Source: Chloroflexota bacterium (GTDB lineage Bacteria; Chloroflexota; Limnocylindria; Limnocylindrales; CSP1-4). Taken from it: a DNA stretch of 64,000 nucleotides. The stretch lies in contig JAUJOH010000005.1 of NCBI GenBank assembly GCA_030447745.1, positions 84,337 to 148,336 on the forward strand. Reading direction: 5' to 3'. Positions within the stretch are counted from its first letter, which is position 1; each line of letters starts with the position of its first letter. A program made the position numbers and the translations under genes. Shown in pieces: positions 1 through 11,518 of the stretch. Under the pieces are notes generated by a model that saw nothing but the letters and a program-made list of their open reading frames with translations, did not search any database and was not told where the DNA came from.

Positions 1-28
1 AATCCGTCCGATTGGCGGGCCGTGCGGC

Positions 29-871
29 GTGAGCCAGGGTCCACCACGCATGCCAAAGCTCGCCCGAACTGTCGTCTCCGCAGCCTTCTCATTGGTCATC
101 GCGATGGCCGCCATCGGCGTTCAACCGCAGACCGCCGCCGCCGCGGACCTGTCGATCAGCCGTGCGGAGCTCCACGCCGTTCGGCTGCTCAATGCCGAGC
201 GCGCCAAGGCCGGTCTCGTCGCCGTCCGGGTCGACTCACGCCTCATGTCGATAGCGCGCCAGCGATCCGCCGACATGGCCAGCCGCCATTACTTCAGCCA
301 CGTCTCGCCGAGCGGCCAGAGCGTCTTCGACATGATCCACGCGTCCGGCATCTCGTGGTACGCCGCCGGCGAGATCATCGCGTGGAACACGTGGCCGGGC
401 CTCGCCGACTCGGCTGTGGCGGCCAAGGACGGCTGGATGGGCTCGCCGAGTCACCGCGACATCGTGATGTCGACCGACTACAACTATGTCGGTCTGGGCC
501 TCGCCATCGACTCCTCAGACGGCAAGAAGATCTGGACCGGCGTCTTCATGAAGGGCCCGGACCGGACCGGCGGCTACGTCAGGCTGGCCCCCCTCCCCAA
601 GACGACGCTCTCGTCGGCGGAGGCGTACAAGGTCATCACCGTTTCGTGGACCGGCGGCGACATCCGGCTCCAGACCCTGACGTCCGGCCTCCGCCACTAC
701 CAGATCCAGGTTCGCACCAACAGCGGCGCGTGGAACTGGTTGTCGGGCGGGACGACGCGGACGTCGCAGGACATCACGGTCTGGCGCGACCCCACCTATG
801 ACGTGCGCATCCGCGCCTGCGACCAGGCCGGCAACTGCGGCTCGTGGGCGAGGCAGCACGTCGACATCTGA
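29..871 (+). CDS. Secreted CAP/SCP-domain protein with C-terminal Ig/Fn3-like extension
   Basis: 280-aa ORF. Signal peptide (SLVIAMAAIGVQPQTAAAA). CAP-family blocks (LLNAERAKAGL, HYFSHVSP, GEIIAWN, GWMGSPSHRDIVM, YVGLGLA). Followed by a strong stem-loop. Confidence 0.8.
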   Translation: MSQGPPRMPKLARTVVSAAFSLVIAMAAIGVQPQTAAAADLSISRAELHAVRLLNAERAKAGLVAVRVDSRLMSIARQRSADMASRHYFSHVSPSGQSVFDMIHASGISWYAAGEIIAWNTWPGLADSAVAAKDGWMGSPSHRDIVMSTDYNYVGLGLAIDSSDGKKIWTGVFMKGPDRTGGYVRLAPLPKTTLSSAEAYKVITVSWTGGDIRLQTLTSGLRHYQIQVRTNSGAWNWLSGGTTRTSQDITVWRDPTYDVRIRACDQAGNCGSWARQHVDI

Positions 872-895
872 CCAGGATCAGCCAGCGCGCACTTC

Positions 896-921
896 GAGGC
901 CGCCGGGCAACCGGCGGCCTC
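896..921 (+). terminator. Stem-loop after the CAP-domain gene
   Basis: gaggccgccgg-gcaa-ccggcggcctc, a perfect 11-bp stem with a GCAA loop, 25 nt after the stop. No U-tract. Confidence 0.5.
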
Positions 922-1126
922 GTCGTGTGTCACGGCCGGCCTCACACGGCCGGCGCGACCCGGCCCCGTGGACGCGCGCCGAGGCGCTCGCGGACCAGGG
1001 CGACGAACAGGAAGGAGCGGACGAACCTGCGATGCTGCTGCAACCCGCCTCCGTTGCGGGCCGGTCGGGGCGTGACGCCCGCGACCCGATGCTGCGGCCA
1101 CACCCCACCACCCCGGAGGAAACGAG

Positions 1127-1753
1127 ATGCCCGACATCTCCCTGCCGGAGGTCCGTCTCAAGGGCAAGCTCCCCGAGGGCCTTCGCGATCTGACCGTGGA
1201 CGACATCCAGCGGGCGATGCCCGACGTCCACCTGCCGAACATCGATCTCGGTCGCGAGACGCGCAAGCTCGGGCGAGACGCCCGCAAGGCCGCCCGGCAG
1301 GCGGAGCGCGCGACGCGCGAAGCGCGGAAGACGGCGGCCAAGGAAGCCGGCAAGGCCGCCCGGGCCGTCGAGAAGGCGCTGCCCCGGCGGTCGGGTCCCA
1401 ACCCGGTCCCGATCGCGATCCTGGCGATGCTCGGCGGCGTGGTGGTGGGCTGGCTGCTCTCGAGGAACCCCGCCACGGGACCGCGGATCAACGCGCTGAT
1501 GAGCGACCTGCGCACCCGTCTCGACCAGTGGCGCGGCCGGGGTAGCGAGCAGTTCGACGACGAGTGGGACACCACGGGTGTTCAGACTCCCGCCGACTCG
1601 GGCGCGGCGCCCGCCGCGTCGGAGCCGTACACCGGGACGCTGAGCACGCCCGACGCGGCCCTCGGGACGACGACGACGCAGTTGCCGGACGTCGCGACGA
1701 CGGATCCCGACCACGTCGCGGCCGGTAACGGCGCGAGCACCACGAACATCTGA
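1127..1753 (+). CDS. Hypothetical membrane-anchored protein (charged N-terminal region, one TM segment, Thr/Ala/Asp-rich tail)
   Basis: 208-aa ORF with ggagga 8 nt upstream of the ATG. TM segment VPIAILAMLGGVVVGWLL. Terminator-like hairpin downstream. No family recognised. Confidence 0.6.
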   Translation: MPDISLPEVRLKGKLPEGLRDLTVDDIQRAMPDVHLPNIDLGRETRKLGRDARKAARQAERATREARKTAAKEAGKAARAVEKALPRRSGPNPVPIAILAMLGGVVVGWLLSRNPATGPRINALMSDLRTRLDQWRGRGSEQFDDEWDTTGVQTPADSGAAPAASEPYTGTLSTPDAALGTTTTQLPDVATTDPDHVAAGNGASTTNI

Positions 1754-1792
1754 CCCGCGGCCGGTCCCCCGGCCGCTGCGATCGCTTCCGAC

Positions 1793-1823
1793 GAACGCCC
1801 CCGGAGTACCGCCGGGGGCGTTC
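1793..1823 (+). terminator. Stem-loop after the 1127-1753 gene
   Basis: gaacgcccccgg-agtaccg-ccgggggcgttc, a perfect 12-bp stem, followed by tgcgtgtg. Confidence 0.55.
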
Positions 1824-1843
1824 TGCGTGTGCGGCGTGGCACG

Positions 1844-3023
1844 ATGGCCGCCGTGAGCCGCAGCCGTCACCCGGTGCTGACCCTCGATCGTCTGAACCGG
1901 GCGACGCTCGCACGCCAGATGCTCCTGAGCCCGCGGGCCTCCCACCGACGGCGGCGATCGAGGCGCTCGGCGCGCTCCAGGCGCAGGAGCCCGCGTCGCC
2001 GTACGTCGCGCTGTGGTCGCGCCTGCGTGCCTTCGACGCCGGCTCGCTGGACGCCGCGTTCCGGCGCCGCGACGTCGTCAAGGCCACGCTGATGCGGGTG
2101 ACCGTCCACGCCGTCTCCCGGGCGGATTACCTTCGCTACCTGCCGGCCGTCCTCCCGATGCTCCGCGGCGTGCGTGGGCAGCGTCCTGGTTCCGCATCGG
2201 CCGACGCGGCGGCTGCGGAGACCGAGCGCCTCGCGTCGGCCGTCCTCGCCTTCGCCGACGTGCCGAGGAAGAACGTCGAGCTGCGCGACCACGCCGCCCG
2301 GCCTGCGCGCGATCCGGGTGATCTCGTCTGGTGGTGGATCCGCCGCCACGCACCCCTGGTCCACGTGCCGGCGGACGTGCCGTGGTCCTTCGGGCGGCGG
2401 CCGACGCTGATCGCGGCCCGGGCTTGGCTCGGCGAGGGGTTCGGGGATGAGGCGGCGGGCGTCCGGCACCTCGCCGGTCGCTACCTGGCCGCCTTCGGGC
2501 CCGCCACGATCGCCGACATGGCCGAGTGGTCCGGGCTGACGGTCGGCCGCCTGCGCCCGGGCATCGAGGGGCTCGACGCCGAGGGCAGGCTGCGCCGCTT
2601 CGGACGAGTCGGGGCGCGAGCTCATCGACCTCGTCGACGCGCCGCTCCCGGAGGCTGCCGTCGCCGGCCCCGCCGCGGCTGCTCCCGATGTGGGACAGCG
2701 TGCTGCTCGCCCACGCGGACCGGACCCGCATCCTGCCCGCGGCCTGGCGTCCCCTCGTCATCGCCCGGAACGGCGACGTGCTCCCGACGTTCCTCGTCGA
2801 CGGGCGTGTGGCCGGGCTGTGGTGGACCGAGGTGGACGGCGACACCGTCCGAGTGGTCCGCGAGCCGTTCGGCCGCGTCGACCGGGGCACGGAGCGCCAG
2901 CTGGACGAGCTGGGCGAGCGGCTGGCGGCCCTTCTCGCGCCGCTCGAGCCGCGTGCCTACGGCCGGTACCGCCGAACTCGCGCCCGCCGAATGGTCGATC
3001 CTCTCGCTCGCGCGGCGCGTTGA
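1844..3023 (+). pseudogene. Winged-helix DNA-binding protein of the YcaQ (crosslink-repair glycosylase-like) family, frameshifted at least twice
   Basis: The family sequence can be followed across three frames: LTLDRLNRATLARQMLL, then IEALGALQAQEPASPYVALWSRL...RRDVVKATLMRVTVH, then LPMWDSVLLAHADRTRILP...VDGRVAGLWW. Breaks lie at ~1940 (C-run) and ~2600-2680. Confidence 0.7.
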
Positions 3024-3133
3024 CGGTCCGGCCCAGCGAGCCGCGCGTTGACGGTGGTGGCCGGAATATGACTCGGAATTACGTTGACTCCCGCGGTGCC
3101 CTGGAGCGCCGCCTGCCCAGTGATCGGAGTGCC

Positions 3134-4533
<1,400 letters not shown>

Positions 4534-4537
<4 letters not shown>

Positions 4538-5997
4538 CGGAGGCCCTGGCCCAACCGGACGTGCCGGCGCCGACCGAGGCCGTTCCCGCCGCCGCGCCAA
4601 ACGCGACGCAGACCCGTCCGAGGGCACCCCGCCGTTCGCCCACGGAGCTCACGTTTCGGCTCGACGAGGCGCTCGTCGAGCGGCGGGCGTCGACCGAGCC
4701 GGCGTGGCTGGTCGACGACCGTCGAGCGGCGCTTGCCCGCTTCCGCTCACTTCCCCTCGAGGCGAACCGGCTGTACACGCCGTATGTCGACCTCCGCGCC
4801 GCGGACCTCGCCGAGGTCACCGCGTACGAGACGACGGCCAGCCATCCGATGCCCGGGGCCACCGACAGCCTTCCACCGGGCGTGGCCGGGCTCGTGGAGC
4901 TCCGGGAGGACACCGTCACCGCGCTCGGGCTCCGCCCCGAGGCGCGCGCAACCGGCGTGACGCTCGAGACGCTCGGCTCGCTGATCGACCGGGATCCGGA
5001 GACCGCGCGGCGCCTGCTGACCGACACGCGCTCGCTGCCGGAGGACGATCGTCTCGCCGCCCTGACCCGTGCCGGCTGGAACCAGGGTCTCGTCCTTCGC
5101 GTGCCGGACGGCGTGCGCCTCGAGCGGCCGATCGTGATCCGCTGGCGGGCGGGGGCTCCGGGTCGCGCGGTCCTGACGCGCACGATCGTCGAGCTCGGCG
5201 CGGGGTCTGCCGCATCCCTCGTCGAGGAGCTCGCGGTGTCCGGCCCGGAGATCGCGTGCGCCGCGGGTGAGACGGTCCCGCAGGCGCTCTACACCGGGAC
5301 GCTCGAGGTGCGGCTCGGCGCCGACGCGGACCTGGCGGTCGCCGCGCTCCAGGAGTTCGGTCCGCGACAGATCACGTTCCAGCACCGGGACGCCTCCCTG
5401 GCGGAGGGCGCCTCGCTGCGCTGGGCGCTCGCCCATCTCGGCTCGCGGCTCGTTCGGTCGCGGGTGGACAACCGCCTGGTCGGCGACCGCAGCATCGTCG
5501 AGCAGGTCGAGATCGTGTTCGGCTCGGACGAGCAGCTGTTCGATCTCACCTCGTACACGCGGCATGTGGGCCGCGACACGACCGGGCAGCTCCTGTCCAA
5601 GGGCGCGCTGCTCGACCGCGCGCGCACGTACATGAAGGGCCTGATCGAGATCGAGCGCTCGGCGATCGGCACGGACAGTTATCTCGGCGAGTTCGGGATG
5701 AACCTCTCGAAGTCCGCGCGTGCCGTGGCGATCCCCTCGCTCGAGATCGACCAGCCGGACTGCCGTCGGGCGGCCCACGCCTCGTCCGTCGGGCCGATCG
5801 ACGAGGCGCAGATCTTCTACCTCCGGTCCCGTGGCATCCCGGAGGACGAGGCCCGCAAGTTCATCGTGCTCGGGTTCCTCGAGCCGGTCGTCGCGCGCGT
5901 CCCGCTGGTCGAGGCACAGGATCGGCTGCGCGACCTTCTCGAGGCCAAGTGGGATGCCGGAACCGCCGCGGCGGCCGACACGGGGGCCGCTGCCTGA
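4534..5997 (+). CDS. sufD: Fe-S cluster assembly protein SufD
   Basis: GTGA start/stop overlap with sufB. The C-terminal half is SufD-like (TRTIVELGAGS, LSKGALLD, YMKGLIEI, PSLEIDQPDCRRAAHASSVGPIDE..FYLRSRGI). Confidence 0.9.
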
Positions 5998-5999
5998 GC

Positions 6000-6335
6000 G
6001 TGCGGCGGATCGACCTGCTGGCAGTCGACGAGGTCCCGGTGGGCACCATGAAGATGGCCTGGGTCGACGGCACGGACATGGTCCTGGTCGTCAACACGGA
6101 TGCGGGCTTCCGCGCCACGCAGGGGATCTGCAGCCACGAGTACTTCGAGCTCGACAAGGGCTTCCTGACGGGCGGCACGCTCACCTGTGCCCTGCACCTG
6201 TCGCGCTTCGACCTCGACGACGGTGAGCCGCTGGACCCGCCGGCCGAGCTGCCGCTGGCGATCTATCCGACCGTGGTCGAGAACGGGCGGGTCCTCATCG
6301 AGGTCCCGAACGGACCGCTCGAGGTGAACGAGTAA
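6000..6335 (+). CDS. Rieske [2Fe-2S] ferredoxin-like protein linked to the suf operon
   Basis: GTG at 6000, 3 nt after the sufD stop. Rieske motifs CSHEY...CALHLSRF. Confidence 0.85.
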   Translation: MRRIDLLAVDEVPVGTMKMAWVDGTDMVLVVNTDAGFRATQGICSHEYFELDKGFLTGGTLTCALHLSRFDLDDGEPLDPPAELPLAIYPTVVENGRVLIEVPNGPLEVNE

Positions 6336-6341
6336 CGCGCG

Positions 6342-7691
6342 TCACGCGTCGAGCGTGGCAAACGGGTGGCCCGCCGACGGCGCGCTGGGCCCGGGCAGCG
6401 GCGTGACGGCCGAGGACTCGTCGATCCAGATGTACTCGTCGAACTGATCCGGCAGCCGGGCCTCGAAGTAGTGGCTCTGGCGCTCGGTCCTCGGCCGGTA
6501 GATCACGCCGATGGCGCGTTCCAGCCGTGGTTCGGCGAGCGCGTCGCGGAGCTCCATCGAGCCGTGTCGCAGCGGGACCAGCGCGCCGGCCAGACCGGAT
6601 TCGTGGGCCACGTGCTCGTAGCTGTCCGGACGCGACGGCCGGACGTTCATGATCTGCACCGGCCCGTCCCACTCGTGGGCCGCGGCGACGGTCCCGGTGT
6701 GCGTCCCGAAGCCGACGAGGTAGGCGTCGTCGGCGAACCTCTGCCGGACCAGCTGCCCGACGTTCAGCTCACCGCGCGCCGACATCTCCGTCGCGGAGGC
6801 GTCGCCGAGATGCGAGTTGTGCGCCCACACCACGGCACCGCCGGTCGGGCCGGCGAGATCGAGCAGTCGCACGAGCGTGTCGAACATGTGCTCGTCCCGA
6901 AGGTTCCAGGAAGCGGCGCCGCCCTGGTACATCGTCCGGTAATATCGCTCCGCGCCGGCCACGACACGCGCGTTTCCGAGGGCCTGGGTCAGCTCCTCGC
7001 CGTCATCCCCGCGGCGAACCAGCTCGACCCGCCGCTCCAGGAGGTCCCGGAGCACGGCGACCGCCTCGTCCTCGCACGAGTCGTGTCGCGACGTCCATGC
7101 GGCGTACCCGTAGAGGGCGGGATCGGTGGCGTACGGCGACAGGCATCCGTAGCGATCGCGCGCCGTCCGCGCCAGCTCCGGGTCGGCCTCCTCGAGGAAG
7201 CTGAGCACGCGCCCCAGCGACTCTCCCAGGCTGTAGAGGTCGAGGCCGCGGACGGCGACGCGGTCCGCCGGGTCCCGATGGCCGTTCCAGTCGCGGAGCC
7301 AGTCGACGAAGGCGAGCACCTCGGCGTTCCGCCACATCCAGGTGGGGAACCGGCTGAACGGTCGCGTCGAGCCCGGCTCGCCGAGCGGCTCGTCGCGGAC
7401 CCAGGCGTCGATCTGGGCGGCGTCGGGCCAGTCCGCCTCGAGCGCCACGAACCGAACGCGACCCCGGACGATGAGCTCCTGCGTGATCCGGGCGCGCATC
7501 CGGTAGAACTCCGAGGTTCCGTGGGACGCCTCTCCGATGAGGACGACACGCGCGCCGCCGATCCGGCCGAGGAGCGGCTCGAGCGCGGCCGACTCGAGGC
7601 CGTCGAACGGCTCCGCCTCTCGGGCGACGAGCGCCGACGCCTCGTGGCTCGCCGGTGCGCCAGCGCGCGACGGAGGACGGCGGAACGGCAT
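6342..7691 (-). CDS. Erythromycin esterase (Ere) family protein
   Basis: 449 aa from the ATG at 7691. Family blocks VVLIGEASHGTSEFY, FVALEADWPD, WMWRN, RGLDLYS, WNLRDEHM, VWAHNSHLGD. Confidence 0.85.
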   Translation of the reverse strand: MPFRRPPSRAGAPASHEASALVAREAEPFDGLESAALEPLLGRIGGARVVLIGEASHGTSEFYRMRARITQELIVRGRVRFVALEADWPDAAQIDAWVRDEPLGEPGSTRPFSRFPTWMWRNAEVLAFVDWLRDWNGHRDPADRVAVRGLDLYSLGESLGRVLSFLEEADPELARTARDRYGCLSPYATDPALYGYAAWTSRHDSCEDEAVAVLRDLLERRVELVRRGDDGEELTQALGNARVVAGAERYYRTMYQGGAASWNLRDEHMFDTLVRLLDLAGPTGGAVVWAHNSHLGDASATEMSARGELNVGQLVRQRFADDAYLVGFGTHTGTVAAAHEWDGPVQIMNVRPSRPDSYEHVAHESGLAGALVPLRHGSMELRDALAEPRLERAIGVIYRPRTERQSHYFEARLPDQFDEYIWIDESSAVTPLPGPSAPSAGHPFATLDA

Positions 7692-7804
7692 GGGGCGACC
7701 GTAGGCTCGCGGTGGCGCAGCCAACACGGGTCGAGGCGCATCGTCGTTGCACCGCGCTTGCACCGGACCACCGCCGCCCCCTGCCGGCGGGCTGGTCGTC
7801 TTCG

Positions 7805-8878
7805 CTAGCGCGGCAGCTCGCGGCCGAGCCCGAGGGACGCCGCGCGCTCGATGACGGCCGCCGCGAAGACGACGTCGGCGAGCCCCACGCCAAGGTGGGT
7901 CACCACGACCCGCCCGCGCTCGGGGCGCGGCGTATCGCGGACGATCGCCTCGCCGAGCATCGCGGTCGGTTCCGGGTAGCCGTCGAACTGCCCCGCCCCG
8001 CGCGCGGCGACGAACTGGTCGCCGTGATCGACGAGGAAGAGCGCGGCGTCGCGCGCCACGTCGGCCGCGCACATCGTCGCGTAGTCGACCGGCACCACGA
8101 GCGCGTCGGGCGCCAGCCACTCGCCGGTCATCGTCTGCCGCCGGGCCGGCTCGGTGAACGAGGCCGCGGTGACGACGACGTCGGCGCCCGCGACGGCATC
8201 GCGCGCGCTTTCCGCCGGGACCGCGTCGAGCCCGTGTTCCGCGCGCGCGGCGGCGCACACGGTCTCCGCCCGGTCGCGGTGCCGGTCGAAGACGCGCAGC
8301 GTGGCGCCGGGAAGGAGATGGGCGAGCACGGGCAGGTGGCTGTGCCCCTGGACGCCCGCGCCGATGAGCCCCACGACGGGCGCGCTTGCTGGCGCCGGCG
8401 GCGAGAACCGCCGAATCGCCACCCCGCTGACGGCCGCTGTCCGGTCAGCCGTGATCGGGCCGCCGTCGAGGATCGCCGTCGGGATCCCCGTCTCGGGGTC
8501 GTTGAGCACGACCACCGCGCTGATGGCGGGCAGGCCGACGTTCCGGTTGCCGCCGAAGCCGGCCACCCACTTCAGCCCGAGCAGGTCTCCGCCGGCATCC
8601 TCGCCCGCCGCCCCCGGCTCCCCACCTGCGCCGCCCGCGCTCGCTCCGCGCAGGTGCGCCGGCATCGCGTGGGCGAAGGAGCCGTCCGGCCGCGGATGAA
8701 CGCCGATCTTGGGTGGCAGGTCCGCGGCGCCCGGTGTCGCCAGCGCGACCAGCGTGCGCTCGGCGAGCACGAGCCGCTCCCCGACGGGCGGCATCGCCGA
8801 CCGGACCTCCTCGGCCGTCAGGTGGCGGAGCGGGGGAGCGGCGCTCGCGCGTGGCACAGGCGGCCATCGGTCGGTCAT
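7805..8878 (-). CDS. Ornithine cyclodeaminase / mu-crystallin family protein
   Basis: 357 aa from the ATG at 8878, the real 3' part of a 1343-aa read-through ORF. Blocks: KWVAGFGGN, ITADRTAAVSG, Rossmann GLIGAGVQG. Carries a Gly/Ala-rich insertion (GASAGGAGGEPGAAGEDAGG). Confidence 0.85.
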   Translation of the reverse strand: MTDRWPPVPRASAAPPLRHLTAEEVRSAMPPVGERLVLAERTLVALATPGAADLPPKIGVHPRPDGSFAHAMPAHLRGASAGGAGGEPGAAGEDAGGDLLGLKWVAGFGGNRNVGLPAISAVVVLNDPETGIPTAILDGGPITADRTAAVSGVAIRRFSPPAPASAPVVGLIGAGVQGHSHLPVLAHLLPGATLRVFDRHRDRAETVCAAARAEHGLDAVPAESARDAVAGADVVVTAASFTEPARRQTMTGEWLAPDALVVPVDYATMCAADVARDAALFLVDHGDQFVAARGAGQFDGYPEPTAMLGEAIVRDTPRPERGRVVVTHLGVGLADVVFAAAVIERAASLGLGRELPR

Positions 8879-8931
8879 CGGCAGAGCGTACGCGCGGCCC
8901 GGCGTCTTGCAGCGACCGCCCGGACGTCGGC

Positions 8932-8937
8932 TACGAT
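8932..8937 (+). promoter_or_regulatory. Candidate -10 hexamer (tacgat) for a leaderless VIT1 transcript
   Basis: A TANNNT hexamer ends 7 nt before the ATG at 8945, and ttgcag lies 19 nt upstream. Motif evidence only. Confidence 0.25.
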
Positions 8938-8944
8938 CCCCTCG

Positions 8945-10126
8945 ATGACGATCGACACCGCGCGCAGCCTCGAGAACCTGAAGCTGGAACGCGACGCCAT
9001 CATCCTGTACGAGTCGCTTGCGCGGATCGAGAAGGACGACCGACGCGCGACCGCCTTCCGCACCATCGCCTCGAACGAGCGGCGGCATGCCGACATCTGG
9101 GCGTCCAGGCTCCGCGATCTCGGGGTGGCGGTTCCCGAGCCGGGCACGCCGAGGCTGCGGATCCGTTTCATCCTGGCCGTGGCGCGGCTCTTCGGAACGC
9201 ACGCGGTGGCCGACCTCGTCCAGGCCCTCGAGGGGGACGAGGAGGCGATCTACGAGGACCAGGCATCGCCGGAGGTGGCCGCCATCGCCGCCGACGAGCG
9301 CGAGCATGCCGAGATCTGGAAGCGGCTCGGTGACGGCAACGGGCGGGCGAAGCGGCCCGGCAACGCCGCTACCGGACGCGACGGCGTGCGCGACGCGGCG
9401 CGCACGGGCAAGCCGGCTGAGATCGGCGACCGCGAGGGGTGGCACCGGTCCGGCCGCTCCGGGACGCTCCGTGCCGTCATCTTCGGCGTCAGCGACGGCC
9501 TCGTCAGCAATCTGTCGCTGGTCATGGGCGTCGCCGGGGCGTCGACGCAGGATCCGCGCGTGATCCTCCTGGCCGGAATCGCCGGCCTCATCGCCGGGTC
9601 GAGCAGCATGGCCGCCGGCGAGTACATCTCGATGCAGTCGCAGCGCGAGCTGTTCGAGCGCCAGATCGAGCTGGAGCGGGCGGAGCTCGAGGCGATGCCC
9701 GAAGAGGAGGAGGCGGAGCTCGCCGCGGTCTACCGCTCGAAGGGGTTCACGCACGAGGAATCGACCCGCATCGCGCACCGACTCTTCGCGGACAAGGAGA
9801 CCGCGCTCGACACGCTCGTGCGGGAGGAGCTCGGGCTCGATCCCGACGAGCTCGGATCCCCGTGGGGCGCCGCCTTCGGGTCGTTCGTCGCGTTCGCGGT
9901 CGGCGCAGCGGTGCCGGTGCTCCCGTACGTGCTCGGCGAAGGCGCGCTGGCGTTCTACGCCGCACTCGTCCTCAGCCTCACGGCGCTCTTCGCGGTCGGC
10001 GCCGGGGTCAGCCTCCTGACCGGGCGCTCGACGCTCTACTCGGGTCTCCGCCAGGTGGCGATCGGCGCGATCGCCGCCGCCGTCACCTACGGCGTGGGCG
10101 CGCTCGTCGGCGTCGCGGTCGCCTGA
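8945..10126 (+). CDS. Ferritin-like domain fused to a VIT1/CCC1-family iron/manganese transporter
   Basis: 393 aa. N-terminal rubrerythrin/ferritin-like motifs (ERRHADIW, EREHAEIW). C-terminal VIT1 membrane domain (VIFGVSDGLVSNLSLVMGVAG, SMAAGEYIS). Confidence 0.85.
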   Translation: MTIDTARSLENLKLERDAIILYESLARIEKDDRRATAFRTIASNERRHADIWASRLRDLGVAVPEPGTPRLRIRFILAVARLFGTHAVADLVQALEGDEEAIYEDQASPEVAAIAADEREHAEIWKRLGDGNGRAKRPGNAATGRDGVRDAARTGKPAEIGDREGWHRSGRSGTLRAVIFGVSDGLVSNLSLVMGVAGASTQDPRVILLAGIAGLIAGSSSMAAGEYISMQSQRELFERQIELERAELEAMPEEEEAELAAVYRSKGFTHEESTRIAHRLFADKETALDTLVREELGLDPDELGSPWGAAFGSFVAFAVGAAVPVLPYVLGEGALAFYAALVLSLTALFAVGAGVSLLTGRSTLYSGLRQVAIGAIAAAVTYGVGALVGVAVA

Positions 10127-10129
10127 CCG

Positions 10130-10435
10130 ATGCCCGGCGCACGGTCCCTCGCGCTGGCGGCCGCAGTCGGGCTCGGGGTCGGCCTCTATTTCGCCCTGTG
10201 GTTCGGCTGGCCGACCTTTGTCGCGGTCGCCATCGGCGCCACGATGGCGGTCGTCCTCCTGCTCATCTCGACGTCGCTGTCTGACGACCCGAGCGCCGCC
10301 GATGCCGCGTGGCGGGCGGCCGCGCCGGACCTGGCCGCCCGCGAGCGGGGCGCCGCGGCGCCCGGAGCGCTCGAGCCGCCCGGCCCGCCGGCGGCCCAGC
10401 ACATACGGCCGGCGGAGCCGCGAGGCGACCCGTGA
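10130..10435 (+). CDS. Small hypothetical membrane protein
   Basis: 101-aa ORF with two hydrophobic segments. Starts 3 nt after the VIT1 stop, and the next gene overlaps its stop. No family recognised. Confidence 0.45.
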   Translation: MPGARSLALAAAVGLGVGLYFALWFGWPTFVAVAIGATMAVVLLLISTSLSDDPSAADAAWRAAAPDLAARERGAAAPGALEPPGPPAAQHIRPAEPRGDP

Positions 10436-10743
10436 CCGAGCTGTCCGACCGCCTCGCGCTCGAAGGGCTCCGCCCGTCGCCGTGGTCGAACGGGCCGGGC
10501 GACCGGTACGGCGCCCATGATCACGACTACGACAAGGTGCTCGTGTGCGCCCGGGGGTCGATCGTCTTCGGCCTCGCCGACCGCGGTGAGCGGATGGCGC
10601 TCGCGGCCGGCGACCGGCTCGACCTCCCGGCCGGCACCCGCCACGACGCGGTGGTCGGCGCGGAGGGCGTGACGTGCGTCGAGGCCCACGCGCCGGCGGG
10701 GACGATCGCCGCGCCCGTGCGGCGCGGGGCGGGCAGCTGGTGA
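10432..10743 (+). CDS. Cupin-domain protein
   Basis: GTGA overlap with the upstream ORF. Cupin motifs (GAHDHDYDKVLVCARGSI, DLPAGTRHDA). Confidence 0.7.
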   Translation: MTELSDRLALEGLRPSPWSNGPGDRYGAHDHDYDKVLVCARGSIVFGLADRGERMALAAGDRLDLPAGTRHDAVVGAEGVTCVEAHAPAGTIAAPVRRGAGSW

Positions 10744-10822
10744 ACCCCGACTGGCAGCGATCCACGCCGGTCCCGTCGCTGGCGCGGCCGCGGGAAACCG
10801 CCGCGCTGCACTCGGCGTACCA

Positions 10823-11518
10823 GTGAGCACGGAGCCCATCCCATCCGCCGAGGACGTCCGCCTCGTTCACGAGATCGCGTCCGGCTCGCAGGACGCGCTC
10901 GTCGCCCTCTACGACCGCTACGCGGACGCGGTCTACGCGGCCGCGCGCCGGCTGACCACCGATCGGCAGATTGCCGAGGAAGTCGTGCAGGAGACCTTTC
11001 TGGCGCTCTGGAACCGCGCTGAGCTCTTCGATCCGTCGGCCGGGTCGCTCGCCGCGTGGCTGCACACGATCGCGCGCAACCGGACGGTGGACCGGTTGCG
11101 GTCCGCCGCCCGCCGTCCGAGCCTCGTCGCGCTCTCGCCGGCCGGAGCCGACGCCGAGGGTGATGCGGCCGCCCTCGAGCGGCTGGCGGCCATCGGCACC
11201 GTCGTCGCGGGCGCCGACGTCGCACCGGGCCCCGAGGCGGCTCTCCAGTCCGCGGAGCTGCGCGTCGCCATCCAGCGCGCCCTGCGCGAGATGCCGGAGC
11301 ACGAGCGCACGGTCATCGTCCTCGCCTACCAGGAGGAGCTGTCGCAGGCCGAGATCGCGGCGCGGCTCGGCTGGCCGCTCGGGACGGTGAAGACGCGCAC
11401 GCGACGCGCCCTCCATCGGCTGCGCGACGCGCTGGCGGCAGAGCTGGGAGCGGACGGCGGGTTCGAGGTCGCGCGCGTCGGGGCGGCCGACGCAGGGGGG
11501 GCCGATGGACCACGCTGA
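10823..11518 (+). CDS. ECF-type RNA polymerase sigma-70 family factor
   Basis: Region 2 (DALVALYDRYADAVY, EEVVQETFLALW, WLHTIARNRTVD) and region 4 (LSQAEIAARLGWPLGTVKTRTRRAL). Confidence 0.9.
   Translation: MSTEPIPSAEDVRLVHEIASGSQDALVALYDRYADAVYAAARRLTTDRQIAEEVVQETFLALWNRAELFDPSAGSLAAWLHTIARNRTVDRLRSAARRPSLVALSPAGADAEGDAAALERLAAIGTVVAGADVAPGPEAALQSAELRVAIQRALREMPEHERTVIVLAYQEELSQAEIAARLGWPLGTVKTRTRRALHRLRDALAAELGADGGFEVARVGAADAGGADGPR

Noticed and set aside
6342-7691. Erythromycin esterase as part of an acquired antibiotic-resistance island
   Set aside because: Composition matches the neighbours. No transposase, integron or repeat boundaries. Ere-family proteins are common chromosomal genes of unknown substrate in high-GC bacteria.
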